The notes beneath the pieces are model-generated. The model was not told the DNA's origin. It saw nothing but the letters and a program-made list of their open reading frames with translations, and did not search any database. Below, piece by piece: positions 1-9,575 of a stretch of 57,159 nucleotides of DNA (the first letter of the stretch is position 1; each line of letters begins with the position of its first letter). The stretch comes from Kiritimatiellia bacterium (GTDB taxonomy: Bacteria; Verrucomicrobiota; Kiritimatiellia; RFP12; JAAYLN01), in assembly GCA_045627605.1 (NCBI GenBank), contig JAZQOA010000018.1, positions 1 through 57,159 of the forward strand. Direction: 5' to 3'. Made by a program: the position numbers and the translations under genes.

Positions 1-2254
1 CGCCCTTGAGCTGGAGTTCGAGGTCGGTAAGCTCGTGGTAGTGCGTCGCGAAAAGCGTCTTGGCCTTGACCGCGGCGTTGTTGTGGAGGTATTCCGCCAC
101 GGCCCAGGCGATCGAGATGCCGTCGAAGGTGCTCGTCCCTCGCCCGATTTCGTCGAGGACGATCAGCGAGCGGGCCGTGGCGTTGTTGAGGATGTTGGCC
201 GTCTCCTGCATCTCGACCATGAAGGTGCTGCGGCCGCGGGCGAGGTCGTCGCCGGCGCCGACGCGCGTGAAGACGCGGTCGAGGACGGGCATGCGGGCGG
301 CGTCCGCCGGGACGAACGAGCCGGCGTGGGCCATGACCGCGATCATCGCCACCTGCCGGATGTAGGTGGACTTGCCGGCCATGTTGGGGCCGGTGATGAG
401 GACGATCTGGTTTTCGCCGCAGTCGAGGAAGGTGTCGTTGGGGACGAAGCGCTCGGCATCGGGCATCTGCTCGACAACGGGGTGGCGTCCGCCAGTGATC
501 ACGAGTTCGTCGCCGTCGTGCATCTCGGGGCGGACGTAGCCGAAGGCGAGTGCGCGGTCGGCGAACGACGCGAGGACATCGAGCTCGGCGATGGCCGCGG
601 CGGTTTCCTGCACTTCGGCGGTATGCGCGGCGGCCTTGTCGCGAAGCTCGCAGAAAATCTGGTATTCGAGCGCCTGGGCCTTGTCCTGGGCGCCGAAAAT
701 CTTCTCCTCGTACTCCTTGAGCTCGGGCGTGATGAAGCGTTCGGCGCCGACGAGCGTCTGGCGGCGTTCGTATTCGGGCGGCGCAAGATGCGCGAGCCCC
801 TTTGAAATCTCGATGTAGAAGCCGAAGACCTTGTTGTGGCGCACCTTGAGGGTCTTGATGCCTGTGCGCTCCTGCTCGGCGGCCTGGAAAGAGGCGAGCC
901 AGCTGTGGCCGTCGCCGGCGAGACGGCGGTACTCGTCGAGTTCGGCGCTGTAGCCATCGCGGATGATGCCGCCCTCGCGGAGCGAAATGGGGGGCGTGTC
1001 GGCCAGCGCGTCGGAAAGGAGCTTCACGAGCTCGGGGAGGTCGTGCATCGCGGAGGCCAGCCCCGCGACGAGCGCGTCGCCGCAATCGGAAAGCGGCTTG
1101 CGCAGCTGCGGGACGGCGGCGAGCGACTGTCCGAGCGACTTGAGGTCGCGGCCGTTGCCCAGCCCGGAGCCAATTCGCGCAATCAGCCGTTCGACGTCGC
1201 GGACGGCGCCCAGGGAGGAGCGCAGCGCCGACGTCTCGATGCGGTGCGTCACAAGCCAGGCGACGGCATCGTGGCGGGCGCGGATCGTCTCCAGGCGCCC
1301 GGACGGACGCTGCAAGTGCTGTCGCAGGGCGCGCGCGCCCATCGGCGTCAGCGTGCTGTCGAGGACGCCGAGAAGGGAGTTCTCGCGGGGACGCCCCCGC
1401 ATCGGCACGAGGTCGAGGTTGAGGCAGGTCGTCTCGTCGAGGGCGAGGTACTCGCCGGAGGCGAGGCGCTTGAGCGCCCGCACATGCCCGACGGCGCGGA
1501 GCAGGTCGCACTTCACGTACTTCAGGAGCGCGCCGGCGGCGGAAACCGCCTCGGGCGCGTCGCCAAGCCCGAAGCCGTCAAGCGAATGCACCTTGAAATG
1601 CCGGAGGAGTTCCTGCGTGGCGGCATCGACCTGGAATGTCCAGTCATCGACTTCGGTGACGGACTTCACCATCGCCGCGTCGACGACGGATGCCGTCTCG
1701 GCCTCGGCCGAGGCTTCGCGGCCGACGATGCACTCCGAAGGGGTGAAGCGCACAAGTGCGTCCGCCAGCTGCCGGGCGCCGTCGAACGTCTCGACCGAGA
1801 AGTCGCCGGTGGAGAGGTCAAGGAGCGCCATCCCCCAGCCCGCGCCCCTCGGGGAGCGCGAAAACGCGGCGATGTAGTTGTTGGAGGCGGCGTCGAGGAT
1901 TGTGTCTTCGGTGACGGTGCCGGGCGTGATGATGCGCGTGATTTCGCGCTTGACGATGCCCTTGGCCGTCGCGGGATCCTCCATCTGGTCGCAGATCGCC
2001 ACCTTGAGGCCGGCGCGGATCGCCTTCGCGAGGTAGGCGTCGACCGCGTGATACGGGACGCCGCAAAGAGGCGCCCCCGCGCGCTGCGTGAGCGCAACGC
2101 CGAGAATGGGCGCGGCGCGTTGGGCGTCGGCGTAGAACATCTCGTAGAAGTCGCCCAGCCGGTAGAAGAGGATGATGTCGTCGGGGATTTTCCCGCGGAT
2201 CGCCATGTACTGCCGCATCAGCGGCGTCAGTTCGCTGTCATTGGGCGCAGTCAT
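1..2254 (-). CDS. mutS: DNA mismatch repair protein MutS (3' end runs off the window)
   Basis: Manual minus-strand translation from the ATG at 2254 gives MTAPNDSELTPLMRQY...LFYRLGDFYEMF, then GPNMAGKST, STFMVEM, LDEIGRGTST and FATHYHEL. It is missing from the ORF track because there is no stop codon in the window. Confidence 0.97.
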   Translation of the reverse strand, partial: MTAPNDSELTPLMRQYMAIRGKIPDDIILFYRLGDFYEMFYADAQRAAPILGVALTQRAGAPLCGVPYHAVDAYLAKAIRAGLKVAICDQMEDPATAKGIVKREITRIITPGTVTEDTILDAASNNYIAAFSRSPRGAGWGMALLDLSTGDFSVETFDGARQLADALVRFTPSECIVGREASAEAETASVVDAAMVKSVTEVDDWTFQVDAATQELLRHFKVHSLDGFGLGDAPEAVSAAGALLKYVKCDLLRAVGHVRALKRLASGEYLALDETTCLNLDLVPMRGRPRENSLLGVLDSTLTPMGARALRQHLQRPSGRLETIRARHDAVAWLVTHRIETSALRSSLGAVRDVERLIARIGSGLGNGRDLKSLGQSLAAVPQLRKPLSDCGDALVAGLASAMHDLPELVKLLSDALADTPPISLREGGIIRDGYSAELDEYRRLAGDGHSWLASFQAAEQERTGIKTLKVRHNKVFGFYIEISKGLAHLAPPEYERRQTLVGAERFITPELKEYEEKIFGAQDKAQALEYQIFCELRDKAAAHTAEVQETAAAIAELDVLASFADRALAFGYVRPEMHDGDELVITGGRHPVVEQMPDAERFVPNDTFLDCGENQIVLITGPNMAGKSTYIRQVAMIAVMAHAGSFVPADAARMPVLDRVFTRVGAGDDLARGRSTFMVEMQETANILNNATARSLIVLDEIGRGTSTFDGISIAWAVAEYLHNNAAVKAKTLFATHYHELTDLELQLKG

Positions 2255-3134
2255 CTTGCCCCCCGTTTCCTTTCGCCGCGAGCGCCGCGGAAAGGCGCCG
2301 CCAGTCTCCGTCGGAAAGCATCTCCGGGCGGATCCGGGGATCGATGCCCGCGGAACCAAGCCACGCGGCCACCTCGCCGTCGTCCGAAAAACCCAGTTCG
2401 CCCTTCGCCTGCCGCATGACCGCGCCCAGTTGCTTCCGGCGGTGCATGAACGCGAGCTTCGTCACGCGCTCGAAGCAGCGCCGCGTCGCGCCCCCGCCCA
2501 GCGCATCGGCGCGCCGCACGAGCTTCACGACGGTCGAGGCGATTTCGGGCCGCGGCCAGAAGCACGTCGGCTTCACGGTGCGGAGAAGCTCCACGCCGTA
2601 GTCGGCCTGCACCCAGACGCCCGCCTGGCCGCGCGCCTCGTCGCCCGGTTTCGCGGCCAGCCGCTCGGCGACTTCGCGCTGAACCATGACGACGCAAAGC
2701 GCGGGCGCCAGGGGATGGCGGCAGACGTCGAGCAAGATGCGGGTGCCGACGGAATAAGGGAGGTTCGAGACAAAGGCGTCGAAATTCGCGGCAAGGAGTT
2801 CGTCGAGCGGGACTTCGAGCATGTCCGCCGCATGCAGGCGGAAGGCGTCTCCATACGAAGCGCAGGACTCGCCCAGGAGTTCGGCGAGGCGGACGTCCTT
2901 CTCGACGGCGGTCACCGCCGCGCCGGACGCCAGCAGGGCGTGGGTCAACGCCCCCAGGCCGGGCCCGACCTCGAGGATGCGGCTCCCGGCGCCAACCCCG
3001 GCCGACGCGACAATCGCGTCGATGGTGTTGCGGTCGATGAGGAAGTTTTGGCCAAGGGTCTTGTTGGGGTGGAAGCCGTTCGAGATGCACCAGTCCTTGA
3101 CTTCTGATGGCTTGCTTGGAACCGGGGCGCTCAT
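2238..3134 (-). CDS. rsmA: 16S rRNA adenine dimethyltransferase RsmA/KsgA
   Basis: Motifs KTLGQNFLID, LEVGPGLGALT, VSNLPY, MVQREVAERL and FWPRP. Start placed at the ATGA overlap with the upstream stop. Confidence 0.95.
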   Translation of the reverse strand: MSAPVPSKPSEVKDWCISNGFHPNKTLGQNFLIDRNTIDAIVASAGVGAGSRILEVGPGLGALTHALLASGAAVTAVEKDVRLAELLGESCASYGDAFRLHAADMLEVPLDELLAANFDAFVSNLPYSVGTRILLDVCRHPLAPALCVVMVQREVAERLAAKPGDEARGQAGVWVQADYGVELLRTVKPTCFWPRPEIASTVVKLVRRADALGGGATRRCFERVTKLAFMHRRKQLGAVMRQAKGELGFSDDGEVAAWLGSAGIDPRIRPEMLSDGDWRRLSAALAAKGNGGQDDCAQ

Positions 3135-4099
3135 TGCAGAGGGAAAATCCTCACGGTGTTCTTCTCGGCGAGGTACTTGATCCACGCGGCGAAACGCGCC
3201 TCGCCCCGCTCCTCGAGCAATTCGCCCTCGATTTTTTCGCGGACGGCCTCAAGCGGCACGGAAAGATCGGCGCGCTCGTCGTCCTTGCGCAAGACATAGA
3301 CGTAGTCGCCCACCACGACCGGATCGGAAACCGCGCCAATGCCAAGCGGTTTCAAGGCCGCGGCCAATTCCTCGCGAAGCTCGTCCTCCGGCTCGATGTA
3401 GCCCCACGAGCCTCCCTCGGCGGCGTGCTTCTCCACCGAGAGACGCTTCGCCGTCGCGGCGAAGTCCTGTCCGCGGCGGAGCTTTTCCACTTCGGCGCGG
3501 GCCGCCGCCACGACTTCCCCGGTTTTTCCCTCGGCGTTGAACATGATCATCGAAACCTTGACATGGCCGGGGAGCTTTTCGCCAGCGTACTTCTCGGCGA
3601 AGACAGCAGCCACTTCGGAGGGCCGAACCTTGACGTTTTCCGCGATGAACTGCTGGCGCATCATGCCGAAAATCATGTCGTCAATCCGGCGCCGACGCCA
3701 TTCGCCGTAGTTCATGCCGCGGCTTTCAAGCATCGCCACGAGCTTGGTCTTGTCGCCGCCAAACGAAGACTCGACAATGCGCTCGATGCGCTGGTTGAAG
3801 TACCAGTCAGGAATCTTGGCGTCGCCCTGTCCGTATTGCAGGAGGACGAGCTTGCGGCTCACCAAGTTGGAGAGCGCGCCGGCGTAAAGTTCCCTGAGTA
3901 CGGCGGGATTGGAGGCGACATCCACGCGCCCCTGGGCGTAGGCCATTTCACGGGCATCCGCCATCACATCGGCGATGGTGATGCGCTCGCCGCCGACTTC
4001 GGCCGCGATACCATCAAGCAAGACCGACTGCCGCTCGGCGGCATAGCCGGCGAACGCCAGGAAAGCCGCGGCAACTGGTAGAATCAAGTGGAATTTCAT
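3131..4099 (-). CDS. surA: SurA-like periplasmic chaperone / parvulin peptidyl-prolyl isomerase
   Basis: Signal peptide, SurA-like N-domain (LDGIAAEVGGERIT) and rotamase-like segment (FAATAKRLS...GGSWGY). Directly upstream of rsmA. Confidence 0.8.
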   Translation of the reverse strand: MKFHLILPVAAAFLAFAGYAAERQSVLLDGIAAEVGGERITIADVMADAREMAYAQGRVDVASNPAVLRELYAGALSNLVSRKLVLLQYGQGDAKIPDWYFNQRIERIVESSFGGDKTKLVAMLESRGMNYGEWRRRRIDDMIFGMMRQQFIAENVKVRPSEVAAVFAEKYAGEKLPGHVKVSMIMFNAEGKTGEVVAAARAEVEKLRRGQDFAATAKRLSVEKHAAEGGSWGYIEPEDELREELAAALKPLGIGAVSDPVVVGDYVYVLRKDDERADLSVPLEAVREKIEGELLEERGEARFAAWIKYLAEKNTVRIFPLQ

Positions 4100-4107
4100 A
4101 CTTTATT

Positions 4108-4116
4108 ATTATAGCA
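4108..4116 (-). promoter_or_regulatory. Extended -10 promoter element (TGCTATAAT) for surA-rsmA-mutS
   Basis: Perfect TGnTATAAT on the minus strand, 8 nt before the surA ATG, with no Shine-Dalgarno sequence. Confidence 0.55.
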
Positions 4117-4173
4117 AAACCAGTTGCCTCTTGTTATTTTGGGGCAAGCAGACGCAACGGAACACACCCATGG

Positions 4174-5625
4174 TCATGGCTGCGTTTCCAATCCAAGCAG
4201 CTCCCGTGCCGAAACGACAGCATCGAAATAGCCGTCCGCCTCGACCGAGCGGGCAAGCTCCCCGTCGTAAACGAGCGCGGTGCGAAGCGCGATGCCCCGC
4301 GGGCAAGGAAAACGCCGGCACTTTTCCTTCATCTCGTCAATGATTTCGCGTCCAATCTTTTCCCTGCGCTTGATTTCAACGAGGCACATGGACATGTTGG
4401 CCTGTATGAGCAAGTCCACCTGGACGCCGCGCCCGTCCCCCTTGTTCATCGTCTTCTTCACGTACGGCGCGGCAGACTTCACAAGGGCCTTGTCCAGATG
4501 GAGCGGCTTGAGGATCTCGCGGAAGTTGTTGAGAACGAGGTTTTCGAACTGAAACCCCATGTCCGCTTCCCAGCCCGCGAACTGATCCAATCCGGAAAAG
4601 GCAAACGAATTCGCATCAATCATATCCTTCGCGGGTTCAAGATACCTGAGGTAGAACCTCGAGTAATTGTCCCTGATGCGGTAGCGGTTTAGCCGCGCAT
4701 CCTTCCCCGTCTCCGGATTTTTGCCACCTTGCCCCGCGACAAGCCCGGACTCCGCGAGTTGCAAAAGGGCGCCGGAGATGTCGCCGCCCCTCCCCACTCC
4801 CAGCGAAGATGCAATTTCCGCCGTGGTCATCGGCCCGTTGACAAGCGCCCTCAGTACGCGCCCCGCAAGTTTCGGCTGGCGCTGGATGACGTCGGTGAAC
4901 ATTTCGTCGAAATCCGTTCGCAAAACGGAATTCGGCATAAACCCCATCCGCCTGATGTTTTCAGCCGCCGAGAGGGACGGGTTGAGTTCCTCAAGGTACT
5001 TGGGCACCCCGCCGGTCACGGAAAGGAAGTCCACGATTTCCCGAACAGGCGTATTCTGGATCTTGTCGCCCCAGAACTTGACGCATTCGCGCAACGGGAG
5101 TTCGGGCACAACCACGTCGAGGGAGCGACGGCCGAAAAAGGCCTTGTTGTCAATGACGTTTTCCCTGATCCATGTCGAAACGCTTCCGCAAACCACAAGT
5201 ACCAGCCGATCATGGCACTTGAAGTAGTTGTCCCAGGCGATTTTCAAATTCCCTGCGAAATTGTCGTCGAACTGCGCCATCCATGAGACTTCGTCAAGCA
5301 AGACAACAGTCCGTTCCCCATCGCGGATTACCCCGGCAAGCCGTTTGAAAGCACTAAGCCAGTTGTCCGGACACGTTGTTTCGGAATCGCACTGGAGCGC
5401 GAGTTGCTCTGAAAACGACCGGCGTTCGTCTTCGTCCGTTGTCCGCTGCGTAGGCTTCAGGCCCTCGATTTTGACAAACCTCGCCCCTGAAGTTACGGCG
5501 AATTTCTCAATGAGCGTGGACTTCCCTATGCGACGCCGTCCCCTGCATGTGACGAGGGAGGATACATTCTTCCCCCAGAGGTCGGATAATTGCCTCATTA
5601 TCTCCTGTCTGCCAAAAAATCTCAT
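4174..5625 (-). CDS. AAA+ ATPase (archaeal-ATPase type) with winged helix and C-terminal PD-(D/E)XK-like domain
   Basis: FFGRQE, Walker A GRRRIGKST, Walker B VVLLDE, TGGVPKYL and C-terminal QVDLLI...LVEIK. RBS AGAAAGG lies 7 nt before the ATG at 5625. Confidence 0.88.
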   Translation of the reverse strand: MRFFGRQEIMRQLSDLWGKNVSSLVTCRGRRRIGKSTLIEKFAVTSGARFVKIEGLKPTQRTTDEDERRSFSEQLALQCDSETTCPDNWLSAFKRLAGVIRDGERTVVLLDEVSWMAQFDDNFAGNLKIAWDNYFKCHDRLVLVVCGSVSTWIRENVIDNKAFFGRRSLDVVVPELPLRECVKFWGDKIQNTPVREIVDFLSVTGGVPKYLEELNPSLSAAENIRRMGFMPNSVLRTDFDEMFTDVIQRQPKLAGRVLRALVNGPMTTAEIASSLGVGRGGDISGALLQLAESGLVAGQGGKNPETGKDARLNRYRIRDNYSRFYLRYLEPAKDMIDANSFAFSGLDQFAGWEADMGFQFENLVLNNFREILKPLHLDKALVKSAAPYVKKTMNKGDGRGVQVDLLIQANMSMCLVEIKRREKIGREIIDEMKEKCRRFPCPRGIALRTALVYDGELARSVEADGYFDAVVSARELLGLETQP

Positions 5626-5689
5626 GTTCACGCCTTTCTAAGGAAAATCTGCGTGATATTGTAGCATCACCGAACTCAAAAATCAACGA

Positions 5690-5791
5690 ATTTTCCTCAC
5701 GAAACCACGGGAAACGACATTTCGTGAGGAAAATCCAGCGTCGAAAAATCCTCACGAAATCACAAACATGGATATTTCGTGAGGAAAATCC
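5690..5791. repeat. Two tandem hairpins built from TCCTCACGAAA / TTTCGTGAGGA
   Basis: Perfect 15-bp inverted repeat at 5690-5704 / 5720-5734 and 12-bp inverted repeat at 5749-5760 / 5774-5785. The right arms repeat with a 54-bp period. Confidence 0.9.
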
Positions 5792-5848
5792 AAGCAATTC
5801 ACCAGGCCTCCGCCAACGTCACGAACGTACCTCAAGCGTCCTCCGGCC

Positions 5849-8800
5849 CTATTTGACGGTCAAGACCAAAGCGGTAAACTGGCGCTCGTAGCAACCGATG
5901 TCGACATGTGCGCGGCGCAGACGCGGATTTCCAAGGAGATCGACTGCGTCCCCGAGGTCAATCCACGGTTCATCGTCGCCCCTGTCGATGCAAGCGGACG
6001 ATGCGGAAGACAGCCTGTAGTCTCCGCATGCGGCATTTCTGAACTTCGGATCGGACTCACAGCAATTACTGGCATCCGCCGCGCCCGCGAACTGCACCGT
6101 TCCCTCGTTTCCCCAGACGATGCAGTTTTTCATCGTCCCGCCCGTCACGCTGCAGCCGACGACATCGGCCGTGTTGGTGCGGTTGTCCGCAATCGTCAGG
6201 TTGAGGAGCGAGCCATTGCCCTGGAATACGCCAGTACCATCCTGCGCGGCAACATTGTCGCAGACAAGACAGTTGACGACCGAGCCGCCCGCGTTCTGGA
6301 TGCCGCCACCCGTCCGATCCGCCACATTGCCGACGACAAGCGAATTCTCCAACCGCCCGCCGTCCAGATAGACGCCGCCGCCATAGGCGATTCCTTGCGC
6401 CATGTTGTTGGAAACGACACATCGCGAGACCGTTCCGCCGAAAATACGCACACCGCTGCCGCGCTTGTCCGCCCCGCCGCCATTCACGTAAGAGCCCGTG
6501 ATGATTGAATCGATCACGAGCCCGGACGATAAAACGATGCCGGCACCCCCCGTATGGCCCGACACGCCGTCGACAATGCCGTTCGTGACCGTGCCACCGC
6601 CGTTGGCGATCGTGATGCCATGCGACATGCCTTCGTTCTGCCCCGGATGCTTCTTGCGGTCTTCGGACCAGCCCGAGACCAACACCCCGTCGAGCACGGC
6701 CTCGGCATGGTCCATGTAGACGATTGAAGCGGCGGCCGACGAGGACTTCGGGTACATGTAGACCGACGCCGCGCCGCGTCCGCCATCGGACAAGACCCGC
6801 ACGGGGCGTTTTATCGACAACGTGTCGGGCATCGTGTAGAAGCCCGGCGCCAGATGCACCGTCCCGTTGTCCGCCGTCGAATCAAGCACCGTCTGGATGT
6901 CTCCGCCCGGATTCGACGCCGCATACGGCGGCAGCCCCGTACCGCCAACGGCAACATAGGTGTGAGTTGCCTTGATTTCAAACGACGCCGCGCCGTCCGC
7001 GGACAGCTCCCCGCTGGTCACCGTGACCGCCGCCTCGTAGACGCCGGCCGCCAGGTTCCGCGTCACCGACGCATACTCGTCGCCAATGCCCGAAACCTCC
7101 TCGCGGAAGCCATTCGACCCCGTAATCGTCCACGCATACGCGACCGTCGCGCCGACCTTGCCCTTGAGCGAGGCCGTGAAGGTCGTCACGGACAGGTCGG
7201 GCTTGCCGTCGCCCGCTGCGCTCACGCCGACGGAGAGCCCACTCGTCTTGAACTCGTAGCAACCGAAATCGACGATGTCGTCGATGACGCGCGGATCGCC
7301 CTTGAGATCGACCGCCCCGTCGTGCCACGGCATCTCGACGCCCGCGTCCACGCAGTCCGAAAGCGTCAGCGTATAGTCGCCGTGCGCGGCGTCCTTGAAC
7401 ATCGGATTGGTCGTCCGGTTGCCCTCGCCCGGGATCAGCGCCTCGCTCGTGCAGTACGAGGCGAGGACGTCAGCGGCAATCGAGTTCGGCGCCGTCCCCG
7501 ACTGGTTGGTATTGCCCCAGATGATCGTATTGCGGAGAATTCCCCCCTTCGCCGTCACGCCCGCCGCCGTTGTCGACGTCGACTGGGCATTGCCCGCAAT
7601 CGTGCAATTCTCGATTCGTCCGTTGCTCATGTAGACCCCCGGCGCATCCGGGCCTCCGCTGCTGTTGCCACCGTCGACATAACATCCGCTGACCAGCGAA
7701 TTGCGCAAAACGCCGCCGTCGATCAGGGCGACGCCGCCGCCAGCACTGTTTTTCAGGTGACAGGCGAGTATCTTGCAGTTCTCGACGAGACCGCGCTTGT
7801 CAAGCCGCGCGCCGCCGCCATAGTAGGCGCGCGAACTGCCGTTGCACCAGCAATAGCAATTCGAAATGACGCAATTCCGCACGACGCCGCCACCCGCCAG
7901 CAATACGCCGCCACCCTGGTCATACGGGGTGTTGGTCTTGTCGGGGAACAGCACCTTATGCGTGTCCTGGTATGTCGAACAGCTGAAGATGGCGCAGTTG
8001 TCAACGAGCCCGCACTTGTCAAGGGCGACGCCGCGACCATACGCCTTGCCCTCCGTCGTGATCTTCAAGGCCGTCACCCGCGCATGGGGATGCGCCAGCA
8101 GGAACACGGCGCCCGCCGCTTGCGTCAGCTTCACGGTCGTGGCGAGCTCCTCCGCCAGCTTCGAACCGGCGATGGTCGCGGCCTTCTCGACCCTGTCGGC
8201 GGTATCCGACGCGAAGGTGCCGACGCCAAGCTGGACATACGGATTGTCGCACGAGTCGACTGCCGCCTGCACCGACGCGAAGGCATCGTCCCACGACATG
8301 CCGCCGTTCTCGTCGCTGCCGCCCTCGGCGACATACACGATCTTCTGGAAGTGCGCGACGAGATTCGCCGTCGTCGGCGTGGCGGCAAACGAAACGGTCG
8401 GATTGGTCCTGTCGACCGACTCGGGCACGTCGCCCCTCCAGTAGCCAAAGGCATATCCCGTCGCCGGCGTCGCCGCCCGCGCCAGCGTCTCGCCGACCGG
8501 CGTCGCGGCGACGGGCGAAACCGTCCCTTCGCCCTCGACCGACACGACGGGCGTGACCGTCGCGGGCACAACAGGCTCCGTCCCGCCGTTGAAGCGCGCT
8601 TCGTCGACCTGCCGGTTCCACTCGCGCTCCGCCGCCGTGAGCGGACGCGAATAGATGCGAATCGCATAGATGCAACCATAGAAGGAGCGATCCGTCTTGG
8701 CCGAATAGCCGATGCAATTGCCGCTGTTGCCCTGACTCTGGCTCGCCGTACCCACCTCAAGCGCAACGCCATCCAGCGCCGCCGTGTTGGTTGTCGCATT

Positions 8801-9304
8801 GTCCACGCCGGCATCGGCATACGACGCATAGACGTGGTGGACGGCGTTGAGCGGAATCGCCTCCGGACACGTCCAGCTGTACCCGACGCCGTTGCCCGTC
8901 GCCAGAGAGGTCCGCGCCTTGGGAATGCAAAGTCCGCGAAAGTTGTCAAACGCGAAGAGCATGGCATTGCCGGAAGTTGCCGAGGTCTGCTTGTAAACGA
9001 CCTCGAAGGAGACGCAGCTCGGCGATGTGAATCCCGTCACGGTGGCGGCCTTCATGTAGGCGGACGACGGCATCTGCAAGGAGTCTTCGTTCCAGCTGAG
9101 CGCATCGATGAAATTCGTGAACGTGTGACCGTTGCCCGAGATGTCCGCCCAGAACCGCGCCGTCGCGTCGTGCTGCCCGCGTCCGACATTCTCGATGCCG
9201 TCCCACTGGGCGACCAGCCCGTCCTGCACGTATGACTGCGAGGTCGCCGCCCGGATGCCAATCGCGGTGACCAACGCCAAGACAAAAACAACCAGCTTTT
9301 TCAT
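5849..9304 (-). CDS. Large secreted protein: LamG-like N-domain, two right-handed beta-helix (pectin-lyase-fold) modules and a PKD/Ig-like domain
   Basis: Signal peptide MKKLVVFVLALVTAIGIRA (start moved to 9304), SYVQDGLVAQWDGIEN, many GGG(V/I)/NCxI repeats, and two DY(T/R)L...DLxGxPR...VDxGCYE module ends. Confidence 0.8.
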   Translation of the reverse strand: MKKLVVFVLALVTAIGIRAATSQSYVQDGLVAQWDGIENVGRGQHDATARFWADISGNGHTFTNFIDALSWNEDSLQMPSSAYMKAATVTGFTSPSCVSFEVVYKQTSATSGNAMLFAFDNFRGLCIPKARTSLATGNGVGYSWTCPEAIPLNAVHHVYASYADAGVDNATTNTAALDGVALEVGTASQSQGNSGNCIGYSAKTDRSFYGCIYAIRIYSRPLTAAEREWNRQVDEARFNGGTEPVVPATVTPVVSVEGEGTVSPVAATPVGETLARAATPATGYAFGYWRGDVPESVDRTNPTVSFAATPTTANLVAHFQKIVYVAEGGSDENGGMSWDDAFASVQAAVDSCDNPYVQLGVGTFASDTADRVEKAATIAGSKLAEELATTVKLTQAAGAVFLLAHPHARVTALKITTEGKAYGRGVALDKCGLVDNCAIFSCSTYQDTHKVLFPDKTNTPYDQGGGVLLAGGGVVRNCVISNCYCWCNGSSRAYYGGGARLDKRGLVENCKILACHLKNSAGGGVALIDGGVLRNSLVSGCYVDGGNSSGGPDAPGVYMSNGRIENCTIAGNAQSTSTTAAGVTAKGGILRNTIIWGNTNQSGTAPNSIAADVLASYCTSEALIPGEGNRTTNPMFKDAAHGDYTLTLSDCVDAGVEMPWHDGAVDLKGDPRVIDDIVDFGCYEFKTSGLSVGVSAAGDGKPDLSVTTFTASLKGKVGATVAYAWTITGSNGFREEVSGIGDEYASVTRNLAAGVYEAAVTVTSGELSADGAASFEIKATHTYVAVGGTGLPPYAASNPGGDIQTVLDSTADNGTVHLAPGFYTMPDTLSIKRPVRVLSDGGRGAASVYMYPKSSSAAASIVYMDHAEAVLDGVLVSGWSEDRKKHPGQNEGMSHGITIANGGGTVTNGIVDGVSGHTGGAGIVLSSGLVIDSIITGSYVNGGGADKRGSGVRIFGGTVSRCVVSNNMAQGIAYGGGVYLDGGRLENSLVVGNVADRTGGGIQNAGGSVVNCLVCDNVAAQDGTGVFQGNGSLLNLTIADNRTNTADVVGCSVTGGTMKNCIVWGNEGTVQFAGAADASNCCESDPKFRNAACGDYRLSSASSACIDRGDDEPWIDLGDAVDLLGNPRLRRAHVDIGCYERQFTALVLTVK

Positions 9305-9460
9305 GACATATCCCGTTGAGGTATATTGAGCCAATTGCAAAACCTGCGGTTGACGCTCTCGCGAGCCTCCACCGTTGGCATTGGCAAGTCGCCCTGCCCG
9401 AAATTGAAGAGACGCCATTTCGGCCACACGGCCGACAGCTGTGATTCGGGCGATGCCATA

Positions 9461-9489
9461 ATTATGGCAAACCGCCGAATTATGCGCAA
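9461..9489 (-). promoter_or_regulatory. Sigma70-like promoter with an overlapping 16-bp palindrome
   Basis: TTGCGC-17 nt-CATAAT on the minus strand. The perfect palindrome TGCCATAATTATGGCA (9454-9469) covers the -10. Confidence 0.55.
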
Positions 9490-9575
9490 GCATTTTTTAC
9501 ATTTACGGCACCTTCGCCGCAAAGAGTCAACCTACCCCAAGGCACATTACCACAATACATGGCAACAACAACAAC

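Noticed and set aside
35-2419. Long plus-strand ORFs (35-805, 836-2419 and others)
   Set aside because: Antisense shadows of mutS in high-GC DNA; no protein motifs.
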